Shown here piece after piece: positions 13,100 through 22,001 of a stretch of DNA of 39,257 nucleotides. Every line of letters begins with the position of its first letter. Within the stretch, counting starts at the first letter, position 1. Where the stretch lies: positions 1 to 39,257 of the forward strand of contig JAFAVZ010000214.1 in assembly GCA_019242175.1 (NCBI GenBank). The letters are read 5' to 3'. The notes beneath the pieces are model-generated. The model made no database searches. It had not been told where the DNA came from and worked only from the letters and a program-made list of their open reading frames with translations. The position numbers were made by a program, and so were the translations under genes. The DNA comes from Acidobacteriota bacterium. GTDB taxonomy: Bacteria > Acidobacteriota > Thermoanaerobaculia > Gp7-AA8.

Positions 13100-16000
13100 C
13101 TACGCCTGCCCCCCGAGCAGCGCCTGCAGCTCGTCTTCGCTGAGCGCGCTGAGCGTCTGTTCCATCTCCGCGACGAGGAGCGGCGCGAACGCGGCGACGG
13201 TTGGCGCCTCGAACAGACGGCGCAGCGGCATGTCGACGCCGAACGTGCGGCTGACGCGGGCGATGAGCTGCGTGGCGAGCAGCGAGTGTCCGCCGAGGGA
13301 GAAGAAGTCGTCTTCGATGCCGACGTTGGGGACGCCGAGGACGTCGGCCCAGATCTCGACGAGCTGCTCTTCTTCGGCGGTGCGCGGGGCGACGGGCGCC
13401 GATTCCTGGACGTCGAGGAGATCGGGGACGGGCAACGCGCGACGATCGACTTTGCCGTTCGGCGAGATCGGCAGCTTCGCCAGGGTCACGAAGGCCGAGG
13501 GGATCATGTAGTCGGGCAGGACGGCGCGGAGATGCGCGCGCAGCTCGGCCGTCGTCGGCGCCGCGTCGTTCGGAACGACGTAGGCGACGAGGCGTTTATC
13601 GCCGGGACGGTCTTCGCGAAGGATGACCACGGCCTGGCGCACGGACGCGTGCTCGCGCAACGCGCCTTCGATCTCGCCCAGCTCGATGCGGAAGCCGCGC
13701 AGTTTGACCTGGTTGTCGGCGCGGCCGAGGATCTCCAGGCGGCCGTCGCGACGCCAACGCGCGATGTCGCCGCTGCGATAGAGCCGAGAGCCTTCGACAT
13801 CGCTGAAGGGATCGGCGATGAAGCGGTCGGCGGTGAGCTCGGGGCGGTTGATGTAGCCGTGGCCGAGGCCGATGCCGCCGATGAGGAGCTCGCCCGGAAC
13901 GCCGTCCGGCACGAGCTGCAGCGTCGCCGGATCGGCGACGTACATGCGCATGTTCTGGATCGGCTTGCCGATCGTGATCGGCTCGTTCGGAAGCACGCGG
14001 TCGATCACCGACCACACCGTGGTTTCGGTCGGGCCGTAGACGTTCCACAGCTCCGCGCAGCGTTCGAGGAGGCGGTCGGCGAGATCGCGCGGGAGCGGCT
14101 CGCCGCCGATGAGGATGCGCAGGCCGTCGATGCCTTCCCACCCGGCGTCGAGGAGCATGCGCCACGTGGCGGGCGTCCCCTGCGCGACCGTCGCGCCGCT
14201 GGTCTTCAGGAACTGCGCGAGGCGTTTGCCGTCCTTCGCCGTGCCGCGATCGCTGACCGCGGCCTTCGCGCCGCAGATGAGCGGCAGCAGTAGCTCCAGC
14301 ACGGAGATGTCGAAGGAAAGGGTGGTGATCGCGCAGACGGTGTCGGCCGCGGTAAGGCCCGGCTCCTTCAGCATCGCGAGAAGGAAGTTCGCCGCGCCGC
14401 GATGCGGGATCTGCACGCCTTTCGGCTTGCCGGTGGAGCCGGAGGTGAAGATGACGTACGCGGTGTCGGCCGGCCCCGGGCCGGTGCGTTGGTCGGCAAA
14501 GCCTCGGCGGCCATTCTCGGTGTCATCCTGAGCCGCGGAGACGGCGAAGGATCCGTACCGATCTCGCGCTGCGCCCGAAGGTACGGATCCTTCGCTGCGC
14601 TCAGGATGACACTCGTCCACGAAGAGCAGCTCGACATCCGTCGCCGGCACTTCGTCGCGGAGGGCTTGCTGGGTCACGACGAGGCGGACGCCGGTGTCGC
14701 TGAGCATGAACGCGAGGCGTTCGCGGGGATACGTCGGATCGAGCGGGAGGTACGCGGCGCCGGACTTCAGGATGCCGAGGACCGCGGTCATCATTTCCGG
14801 TCCACGGTCGGTGTAGATGCCGACCAACTCGCCCGGTTTCGCGCCGTGCGCGCGCAGCTCGATGGCGAACGCATTCGCGGCGTCGTCGAGCTCGCGGTAA
14901 GTGAGTTTGCGATCGGGGAAGATGAGCGCAACGTCGTCCGGCGTGCGTGTGACCTGCGCCTCGATGAGCGCCGTGAGCGTCGTCGGCGGCGTGTCGACGA
15001 CGTTCGCCACGCGGTCCACGAGCAGCGTGTGGCGCTCGGCTTCCGTCAGCAGCGGCAGCTCGCCGATCTTCGTCTCGGGATGCTCGACCGCGCCGCGGAA
15101 AAGGACGGCGAAATGCTCGCCGAAGGCGCGTACCGTCTCCGCTTCGAAGAGGTCGGTGCTGTATTCCAGGAGAAGGTCGAGCCGGTCGTCGTTTTGCTCC
15201 ACAAACAACGCGAGGTCCGTGCGCGCGGTCGCGGAGTTGATCTCGTCCATCTGCAGCGGCGTCAGCGTGATGCCGGGCAGGTCGAGACGCTGGTGAGGCA
15301 TGTTCTGGAAGAACACCATCACCTGGAAGAGCGGCGAGTGGCCGAGGGAACGGTCGACTTGCAGCTCTTCGATGAGGCGCTCTACGGGAAGGTCCTGATG
15401 CCCGTACGCGCCGAGCGTCGTCTCCTTGATGCGGTCGAGCAGCTCGCGGAACGTCGGGTTGCCGGAGAGCTCGGTGCGGAGCGCGAGCGTGTTGACGAAG
15501 TAGCCGACGAGTGGCTCGAGCTCCTCGCGGTTGCGACCGGCGATGCCTGAGCCGACGACGACGTCGGTCTGGCCCGTCGTCCGGAACAAAAGCGTCTTCA
15601 GCGCTGCAAGAAAGGTCATGAACAGCGTGACGCCTTCCTCCCGGCTGCGCTGCTTCGCCGCCTCGACCAGCTCGGGCGGAATGGTGATGCGCACGACGTC
15701 GCCGCGATACGACTGCTTCGCCGGACGTGGACGATCGGCGGGGATCTCCAGGATCGGGAGGTTGCCGGCGAGACGCTCCGTCCAGTAGTCGAGCTGCCCT
15801 TTGAGGACGTCGCCCTGCAGCCACTCGCGCTGCCAGAGCGCGAAGTCGGCGTACTGGATCGGCAGCTCCGTGAGCGGCGACGGTTTCCCTTGTTGATACG
15901 CCTCGTACAACGCGCCGAGCTCGCGGTAGAGGACGGAGAACGACCAGCCGTCGACGGCGATGTGATGGAAGTTGAAGACGAGCAGGTGCTCCTCTTCGGA

Positions 16001-16471
16001 CAGGCGCACGACGACCGTGCGCATCAGCGGTCCCTTCACCAGATCGAAAGGACGGCGCGCTTCGGCGTTCCCGATCGCGAGTGCCTCCTCGCGCGACGAA
16101 GCATGGAGCAGCGGCAGATCGACGCTGCCTCGTTCGGCGATGACTTGCCGCGGACGGCCGTCCGTCGCCGGCACCGTCGTGCGCAGCGGCTCGTGGCGCT
16201 GCACGAGCGTTTCGAGGCAGCGCCGGAGGATGTCGAGATCGAGCTTGCCGCGCATCCAGGCGCCGGCCGGCACGTTGTAGCTCGCGGAGTCGGGCTCGAG
16301 CTGATCGAGGAGCCAGAGGCGCTGCTGGGCGAACGACGTCGGCAGCGGATCGGGGCGTTCGCGGCGCGTGATGCGTCCGCGCGCGGCCTTCTCCTTCGCC
16401 AGCTGTTGCAGCAGGAGCGCGCGTTTCTGCGGCGAGAGATCGGCGATGCGTTGCTGGTTGACGTCGCTCAT
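13100..16471 (-). CDS. NRPS2: C-A-T, A domain predicted Gly
   Basis: HHIAVDG, FTSGSTGKPKG, NVYGPTE and FFSLGGHSLL. The hand-extracted specificity code DILQLGVVWK is the classic glycine type. 1123 aa. Confidence 0.95.
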   Translation of the reverse strand: MSDVNQQRIADLSPQKRALLLQQLAKEKAARGRITRRERPDPLPTSFAQQRLWLLDQLEPDSASYNVPAGAWMRGKLDLDILRRCLETLVQRHEPLRTTVPATDGRPRQVIAERGSVDLPLLHASSREEALAIGNAEARRPFDLVKGPLMRTVVVRLSEEEHLLVFNFHHIAVDGWSFSVLYRELGALYEAYQQGKPSPLTELPIQYADFALWQREWLQGDVLKGQLDYWTERLAGNLPILEIPADRPRPAKQSYRGDVVRITIPPELVEAAKQRSREEGVTLFMTFLAALKTLLFRTTGQTDVVVGSGIAGRNREELEPLVGYFVNTLALRTELSGNPTFRELLDRIKETTLGAYGHQDLPVERLIEELQVDRSLGHSPLFQVMVFFQNMPHQRLDLPGITLTPLQMDEINSATARTDLALFVEQNDDRLDLLLEYSTDLFEAETVRAFGEHFAVLFRGAVEHPETKIGELPLLTEAERHTLLVDRVANVVDTPPTTLTALIEAQVTRTPDDVALIFPDRKLTYRELDDAANAFAIELRAHGAKPGELVGIYTDRGPEMMTAVLGILKSGAAYLPLDPTYPRERLAFMLSDTGVRLVVTQQALRDEVPATDVELLFVDECHPERSEGSVPSGAARDRYGSFAVSAAQDDTENGRRGFADQRTGPGPADTAYVIFTSGSTGKPKGVQIPHRGAANFLLAMLKEPGLTAADTVCAITTLSFDISVLELLLPLICGAKAAVSDRGTAKDGKRLAQFLKTSGATVAQGTPATWRMLLDAGWEGIDGLRILIGGEPLPRDLADRLLERCAELWNVYGPTETTVWSVIDRVLPNEPITIGKPIQNMRMYVADPATLQLVPDGVPGELLIGGIGLGHGYINRPELTADRFIADPFSDVEGSRLYRSGDIARWRRDGRLEILGRADNQVKLRGFRIELGEIEGALREHASVRQAVVILREDRPGDKRLVAYVVPNDAAPTTAELRAHLRAVLPDYMIPSAFVTLAKLPISPNGKVDRRALPVPDLLDVQESAPVAPRTAEEEQLVEIWADVLGVPNVGIEDDFFSLGGHSLLATQLIARVSRTFGVDMPLRRLFEAPTVAAFAPLLVAEMEQTLSALSEDELQALLGGQA
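14467..14611. repeat. TGTC-family doublet (14521-14611) plus adjacent third motif, in frame inside NRPS2 A domain
   Basis: TGTCATCCTGAGCCGCGGAGACGGCGAAGGATCC-spacer-GGATCCTTCGCTGCGCTCAGGATGACA, encoding CHPERSEGSVPSGAARDRYGSFAVSAAQDD. 14467-14493 is the reverse complement of 11494-11520 with 2 mismatches. Confidence 0.9.
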
Positions 16472-19400
16472 GACAGCTGGCTCCGGAGCAGCAGCGCCTC
16501 TTCATCCGACAAGCCTTCGAGCTGGCTGAGGAGGTCGTCGAGGTTCTCGGTCTCGAGGCTCGCGGCGCGCGCGTTGGTGATGTGCCCGGCGAGCGTCGCG
16601 ACGGTCGGCGCGTCGAAGAGGACCCGCAGCGGGACTTCGATGCCGGTCGATTTCTCGATCCGGGCGAGGAGCTGCATCGCGAGGAGCGAGTGGCCGCCGA
16701 GGTCGAAGAAGTTGTCGTCGCGGCCGATGTCAGTGCGGCCGAGGAGATCGGCCCACAACATGGCAATCATCTGTTCGTCGGGCGTCTGCGGCGCCTCGGC
16801 CACCGTCTTCGCGAACGCTTCCGGCGCGGGGAGCGCGTGGCGATTCACCTTGCCGTTCGGCGTCAGCGGGAACTTCTCCAGCGCGACGAACGCCGCGGGG
16901 ATCATGTAGTCGGGGAGCGACTTGCGGAGGTGCGTGCGCAAATCATCAGCGTTCGCGGTTCCCGTCGTGTACGCGACGAGGCGCTTGTCGCCGGGGCGGT
17001 CTTCGCGGCAGTGCACGACGGCCTGTTCGACGTCTTCGTGATGCGCGAGCACCGCCTCGATCTCGCCGAGCTCGATGCGAAAGCCGCGGAGCTTCACCTG
17101 GTGATCGATGCGGCCGAGGACTTCGAGCTGGCCGTCCGGACGCCAGGCGGCGAGATCGCCAGCGCGGTACAGCCGCGCGTTCGGGCGTTCGGAGAACGGA
17201 TCGGCGACGAACTTCTCGGCGGTGAGGTCGGGGCGACCGAGGTAGCCGCGGGCGAGGCCGTCGCCGCCGATGAGGAGCTCGCCCGGGACGCCCGGCGGGA
17301 GCAGCTGGAGGTGGCGGTCGACGATGTGAATCTGCGTGTTGGCGACCGGACGCCCGATCGGGATCGGGCCGCTGCCCGACTCGATGCGGCCGAGGGCCGA
17401 ATAGACCGTGGTCTCCGTCGGGCCGTAGAGGTTCCACAGCTCGCGGCCGCACGGGATCAGACGCTCGGCGAGCTCGCGGGGGAGCGCTTCGCCGGTCGAG
17501 ATGATCTTCAGGCCCGGCTTCCCGGTCCAGCCGATGTCGAGGAGCATGCGCCACGTCGCGGGTGTGGCCTGGAGGATCGTGACGTCGTTCTCGGCGACGA
17601 GGCGCGCGAGAGCGTTGCCGTCGCGGACGGTGTCGCGGTCGGCGAGGAGGATGTGCGCGCCGACGGTGAGCGGCAGCACGAGCTCGAAGAGGGCGATGTC
17701 GAAGGAGAGCGTGGAGACGGCGCAGACCGTGTCCTGCGCGGTCATGCCCGGCGCCTTGGCGACGGAGGCGAGGAGGTTCGCCGCGGAGCGCTGCGTGATC
17801 TGCACGCCTTTCGGGCGGCCGGTGGAGCCGGAGGTGAAGATGACGTAGGCGAGGTCGTCGGGGGAGGAAATGTGGGCGCCGGCTTCAGCCGGCCGCCGGG
17901 ACCGGCTGAAGCCGGTCCCCACGTTTTCCTCTACATTCACCACCTCGAGGCCCGCGACCGGCACGCGGTCGCGCAGCTCAGGCTGCGTCACCACGACGCG
18001 CGCTTCGGCGTCGCCGAGCATGAACGCGAGGCGTTCGGCCGGATACGACGGGTCGAGCGGGACGTAGGCGCCGCCGGCTTCGAGGATGGCGACGATGCCG
18101 ATCACCATCTCCAGCGAGCGTTCCACGAAGAGGCCGACGAGCGAGCCGGGGCCGACGCCTTTCTCGCGCAGTTCCGCGGCGAGCGCGGAGGCGCGGGCGC
18201 GGAGCTCGGCGTAGGTCAGCGTGACGCCGCGGAACGTGATCGCCGGCTTGTCGGACGGAGGCTGGATCAGATCGATGAGCGGGCCGGGCGTGTAGTCGGC
18301 GCGCGTGTCGTTCCACTGCGCGAGCTGCGCGCGTTCGGCGTCCGTCAACAGAGGCAATGCGGCGAGCGGCGTCGAGGCGTCGGCGATCGCGGCGCGGAGG
18401 AGCACGACGAAGTTGCCGGCGAGGCGTTCGATCGTCGCGCGGTCGAAGAGGTCGGTGCTGTACTGGAAGAGCAGCTCGCCCTGCTCCTCCTGATTCACGA
18501 ACAGCGCGATGTCCGTCTGCGCGGAGCCGGGGTGCACCTGGTCGAGCGGCACGCGCGAGACGCGCAGGCCGTTCATCGCGATGGGATCGCGCGCGTAGTT
18601 CTGGAAGAACATCATCACCTGCACGAACGGCATGTGACTCGCGGCGCGGTCGATCTTCATCGACTCCAGGACGCGGCTGAGCGGCGCATCCTGATTCGCC
18701 TGCGCGCCGAGCGTGGTTTCGCGAACGCGCGCCAGCAGATCGCCGAACGTCATCGCATCGGCAAACTGCGCGCGGAGCACGAGCGTGTTCACGAAGAAGC
18801 CGACGATCGACTCCAGCTCCGCGCGCGGGCGGTTCGCCAGGCCGACGCCGATCGGCAGATCGTCCTGTCCGGTGAGGCGATGCAGCAGCGTCGTCCAGGC
18901 GGCGAAGAGCGTCATGAACGGCGTGACGTTCTCCTTCCGGCTGAACTGCTCCATCGCCTCGTACACGTCGGGCGGGATGAGGTGACGCACGAGCGAGCCT
19001 TTGAACGACTGCACGGGCGGGCGGGCGTGGTCGGCGGGAAGGTCGAGCGTCGAAGGGCAGCCCTCGAGATGCTCGCGCCAGTGCGCGACCTGGCGGTCCA
19101 TCCGTTCGCCTTCCAGCCACTCGCGCTGCCAGAGCGCGTAGTCGGCGTACTGCAGGCGCACGGGCTCGAGCGCCTCGCCGTTGTAGAGCCGGGCGAGCTC
19201 GCCGAGGATGACGTTGATCGACCAGCCGTCGATGAGCAGGTGATGGACGGCGATCGCGAGCAGGTGATGCTCACCGCTCACCTGCACGAGCAGCGCGCGG
19301 ACGAGCGGACCGCGCGCGAGGTCGAACGAGGCGGCGATCGACGCGCTCGCGATCTGCAGCGCTTCGTCGTCACTCGCGGCATTCGCGCGGACGAGAGGCA

Positions 19401-19749
19401 CCGACAGTGAAGGAGCGATGCGTTGGAATCCGCGGCCGTCTTCCGACGGAACCGAGGTGCGCAGCGACTCGTGGCGGCGCACCACTTCGTCGATCGCGCG
19501 TTGGAGCGCGTCGACGTCGAGCGCGCCCTCGAGCCAGAGCGCGATCGACTCGTTGTACGCGGCGCTGCCGGGCGCGAGCTGCTCGACGACCCACAGCCGC
19601 TCCTGGCCGAAAGACAGCGGAATGCGCTCGGGGCGCGGACGAGGCCGCACCTCCCCTGCCGCGGCGCGCCGTTCGGCGACGAGTTTTTCGAGCAGCGCGC
19701 GTTTGGCGCTGGAGAGTCCGGCGAGACGTTCGTTGTTGTCGTTGGTCAT
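16468..19749 (-). CDS. NRPS1: C-A-T
   Basis: HHLLIDG, FTSGSTGRPKG, NLYGPTE and FFDLGGHSLL. Hand-extracted code DIFQITLVYK is Gly-clade-like but altered. 1093 aa. Confidence 0.95.
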   Translation of the reverse strand: MTNDNNERLAGLSSAKRALLEKLVAERRAAAGEVRPRPRPERIPLSFGQERLWVVEQLAPGSAAYNESIALWLEGALDVDALQRAIDEVVRRHESLRTSVPSEDGRGFQRIAPSLSVPLVRANAASDDEALQIASASIAASFDLARGPLVRALLVQVSGEHHLLAIAVHHLLIDGWSINVILGELARLYNGEALEPVRLQYADYALWQREWLEGERMDRQVAHWREHLEGCPSTLDLPADHARPPVQSFKGSLVRHLIPPDVYEAMEQFSRKENVTPFMTLFAAWTTLLHRLTGQDDLPIGVGLANRPRAELESIVGFFVNTLVLRAQFADAMTFGDLLARVRETTLGAQANQDAPLSRVLESMKIDRAASHMPFVQVMMFFQNYARDPIAMNGLRVSRVPLDQVHPGSAQTDIALFVNQEEQGELLFQYSTDLFDRATIERLAGNFVVLLRAAIADASTPLAALPLLTDAERAQLAQWNDTRADYTPGPLIDLIQPPSDKPAITFRGVTLTYAELRARASALAAELREKGVGPGSLVGLFVERSLEMVIGIVAILEAGGAYVPLDPSYPAERLAFMLGDAEARVVVTQPELRDRVPVAGLEVVNVEENVGTGFSRSRRPAEAGAHISSPDDLAYVIFTSGSTGRPKGVQITQRSAANLLASVAKAPGMTAQDTVCAVSTLSFDIALFELVLPLTVGAHILLADRDTVRDGNALARLVAENDVTILQATPATWRMLLDIGWTGKPGLKIISTGEALPRELAERLIPCGRELWNLYGPTETTVYSALGRIESGSGPIPIGRPVANTQIHIVDRHLQLLPPGVPGELLIGGDGLARGYLGRPDLTAEKFVADPFSERPNARLYRAGDLAAWRPDGQLEVLGRIDHQVKLRGFRIELGEIEAVLAHHEDVEQAVVHCREDRPGDKRLVAYTTGTANADDLRTHLRKSLPDYMIPAAFVALEKFPLTPNGKVNRHALPAPEAFAKTVAEAPQTPDEQMIAMLWADLLGRTDIGRDDNFFDLGGHSLLAMQLLARIEKSTGIEVPLRVLFDAPTVATLAGHITNARAASLETENLDDLLSQLEGLSDEEALLLRSQLS
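17870..17924. repeat. GTGG-family REP doublet in frame in NRPS1 A domain
   Basis: ATGTGGGCGCCGGCTTCAGCCGGC-cgccg-GGACCGGCTGAAGCCGGTCCCCACGT, encoding NVGTGFSRSRRPAEAGAHI just before the A3 motif. Confidence 0.88.
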
Positions 19750-19751
19750 GA

Positions 19752-22001
19752 TCAGAACCGGAGGAGGTAGCTCACCTTCATGAAGTACTGGCGAGCGGTC
19801 GGGTTGAGCGCGGACTGCGTGGCCACCACCTGCGAGGGCGGGCCGCTGAGCAGCGCGACGTTGTCGTAGTTGTCGGAGTAGCCGAGGTAGAGAACGGTGC
19901 CGGGGTTGAGGACGTAGCTGAAGAGGACGTCGCCCGTGACGTGCTTCGTCCGGGGGAGCGCCACGAGCGATTCATCCGGCGTGATCGCGTGCGTGTCGAC
20001 GATCAGCCGCAGCGCGAGGTAGCGGCTGAACTGCATGTTGATCTTCGTGCGGGAGATCGGGTTGCGGAACACGAGGCTGCCGTCGCCCACGCTGCCGACG
20101 GAGCCGCGCGTGTAGAGGTCGTCGTAGATGAGCGTCTCGTCGATGCGCAGCCGGGAGAAGGGGCTGAGCGTGAAGCCGACCTGGATCAGCTTGCGGTCGC
20201 CGAGGAACGGGTCGAGGCCGGCGCCCGGGAAGTAGTTGACCGCGCTGCCTTGCGAGTAGCTGAGCGAGGCGGTGAGCCACTTCCACCACTCGGTGCGCGC
20301 GGCGACGGTCTCGAGATGCTTGCGGAAGTCGAGGCCGGCGAACAGCTCGTACGACTGCTCGGTGGTCAGCGTGAGCGACGTGCCGCCGACCCAGTTCCAG
20401 TTCATCGACGCGGAGCCGAGCCAGTCCTGCAGCTCGCCGCCGTGATCCCACGTCGCCAGGCCGGTGACGCTCGGGCCCCAGCTGAAGAGCTTCGTCCCCT
20501 CCGACCAGCGCTTGAGGCTCGCCGTGTGCTCGGTCTGGCGGATGTCCGTCCGCGGAATGAATCCGAGCTCGCTGATGAAGTTGCGGCTGATGTCGCGGTA
20601 CTGCCCTTCGTAGTTGAAGACCTTGCCGGCGCGGCCGACGTCGAGATAGCCCATCGAGCCGTCGACGTCGCCGAAGAGTCCTCCGCGGTTCCAGCTCTTG
20701 CCGATCTGGCCGGTGGCCGTCCAGTTCTCGCCGATGCGGATGCGGCTGTCGACGGCGGCGGTGCGGTTGGAGACGCCGCCGATGTCTTTGCTCGTGAGGA
20801 GAAAGCCGGCGTTCGACTGCTGGCCGAAGTCGCGTTGCAGGCGCGCGACGCCGATGTTCGCGCGTTGCCCGAACTCGGGATGCTCGACGGGCAGTCCGAG
20901 CCCGCCTTCACGATCGTCGATGGCCAGGCCGCCGAGGGCCCAGCGGCCGACGCGGCCGGTCATGCGCGCGCCGATGCGCGGATCGGCGATGCGCCGGGAG
21001 AAGAAAAGGCTCATCGGCGTCTGGAAGAAGCCGGCGTTTTCGAGGAAGAACGGTCGCTTCTCGGGGAACAGCACCTCGAAGCGCTGGTTCACGATCACCT
21101 GCGGCTCATCCGACTCGACTTCGGAAAAGTCGGGATTCACCGTGACGTCGGCGGCGAGCGACTCGCGCAGTACGAACTTGCCGTCGAGGCCCACGCGGCC
21201 GGGCGTCGTGTTCGTGTAGCCGGCCGGACGCACCGTGCCCGGACCGCCCGGTTCGAGCAGGCGCGAATGCGTCAACACCGAGTACGGGATGAACTGGTAG
21301 TTGCGGCCCGGCGAGATCGTGTCGTCGATCTCCAGCGTCGCGAACTGGGGGACGAAGCCGGCCACGCGGTCGGTGATCCACGGCCAGTAAACGAACTCGT
21401 TCTTGCGCGGGATGATGCGGCTGAGCGAGACGCCCCAACGCTGCGTCGGCCCCGGCGCGAAGCGGATGCTCTTGAACGGGATCGTCATCAGGACCGCGAA
21501 GCCGTCTTTCGTGATGCGGCCTTCGGAGTACCAGAGCGTGTCGAAGTTGAAGTCGTAGCCCTGGCCTTCGGTCGTGATGCCGTCCAGCTGGACGCCGAAG
21601 GGATTCGCGGCGAAGACGTACGCGCGCTGCTTGTCGTGGAAGGTGTCGAGGAAGATCTGCACGCCTTCGTCGCCGAAGATGTCCTCGCGCCGCGTGACGC
21701 GCGCGCGCACTTTGTCCGGCTCGTCCTGGCAAATGAAGGCGACGTAGAGGTTCACGTCGTCGTAGCCGAGGTAGACGGCGGTGTTGAGCGTGGCCGGCTC
21801 GCCGTCTTTCGGCGTGTTCTGGCGCATGTCGGTGACGCGCTCCATCCCCGCGGCGCCGGCCGGGATGATGTCCTGCAGATGCGGCTGCACGGCGAGGCGC
21901 GGCACGCGCAGGACGGCCGTGGAGTCGGGGATCTTCTGGGCGAACGCGGGAAGGGAAAGGAACAACAGCGCGGCGAACGCGCCTCGCAGATGCTTGGTCA
22001 T
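19752..22001 (-). CDS. Exported CBM9-like/DUF5916-type outer-membrane protein
   Basis: Start MTKHLRG at 22001 (749 aa) with signal peptide ending AFA/Q. CBM9-like YDDVNLYVAF and NPFGVQLDG, family motifs VNPDFSEVESD and FPEKRPFFLE, and beta-barrel-type C-terminus KVSYLLRF. Confidence 0.8.
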   Translation of the reverse strand: MTKHLRGAFAALLFLSLPAFAQKIPDSTAVLRVPRLAVQPHLQDIIPAGAAGMERVTDMRQNTPKDGEPATLNTAVYLGYDDVNLYVAFICQDEPDKVRARVTRREDIFGDEGVQIFLDTFHDKQRAYVFAANPFGVQLDGITTEGQGYDFNFDTLWYSEGRITKDGFAVLMTIPFKSIRFAPGPTQRWGVSLSRIIPRKNEFVYWPWITDRVAGFVPQFATLEIDDTISPGRNYQFIPYSVLTHSRLLEPGGPGTVRPAGYTNTTPGRVGLDGKFVLRESLAADVTVNPDFSEVESDEPQVIVNQRFEVLFPEKRPFFLENAGFFQTPMSLFFSRRIADPRIGARMTGRVGRWALGGLAIDDREGGLGLPVEHPEFGQRANIGVARLQRDFGQQSNAGFLLTSKDIGGVSNRTAAVDSRIRIGENWTATGQIGKSWNRGGLFGDVDGSMGYLDVGRAGKVFNYEGQYRDISRNFISELGFIPRTDIRQTEHTASLKRWSEGTKLFSWGPSVTGLATWDHGGELQDWLGSASMNWNWVGGTSLTLTTEQSYELFAGLDFRKHLETVAARTEWWKWLTASLSYSQGSAVNYFPGAGLDPFLGDRKLIQVGFTLSPFSRLRIDETLIYDDLYTRGSVGSVGDGSLVFRNPISRTKINMQFSRYLALRLIVDTHAITPDESLVALPRTKHVTGDVLFSYVLNPGTVLYLGYSDNYDNVALLSGPPSQVVATQSALNPTARQYFMKVSYLLRF

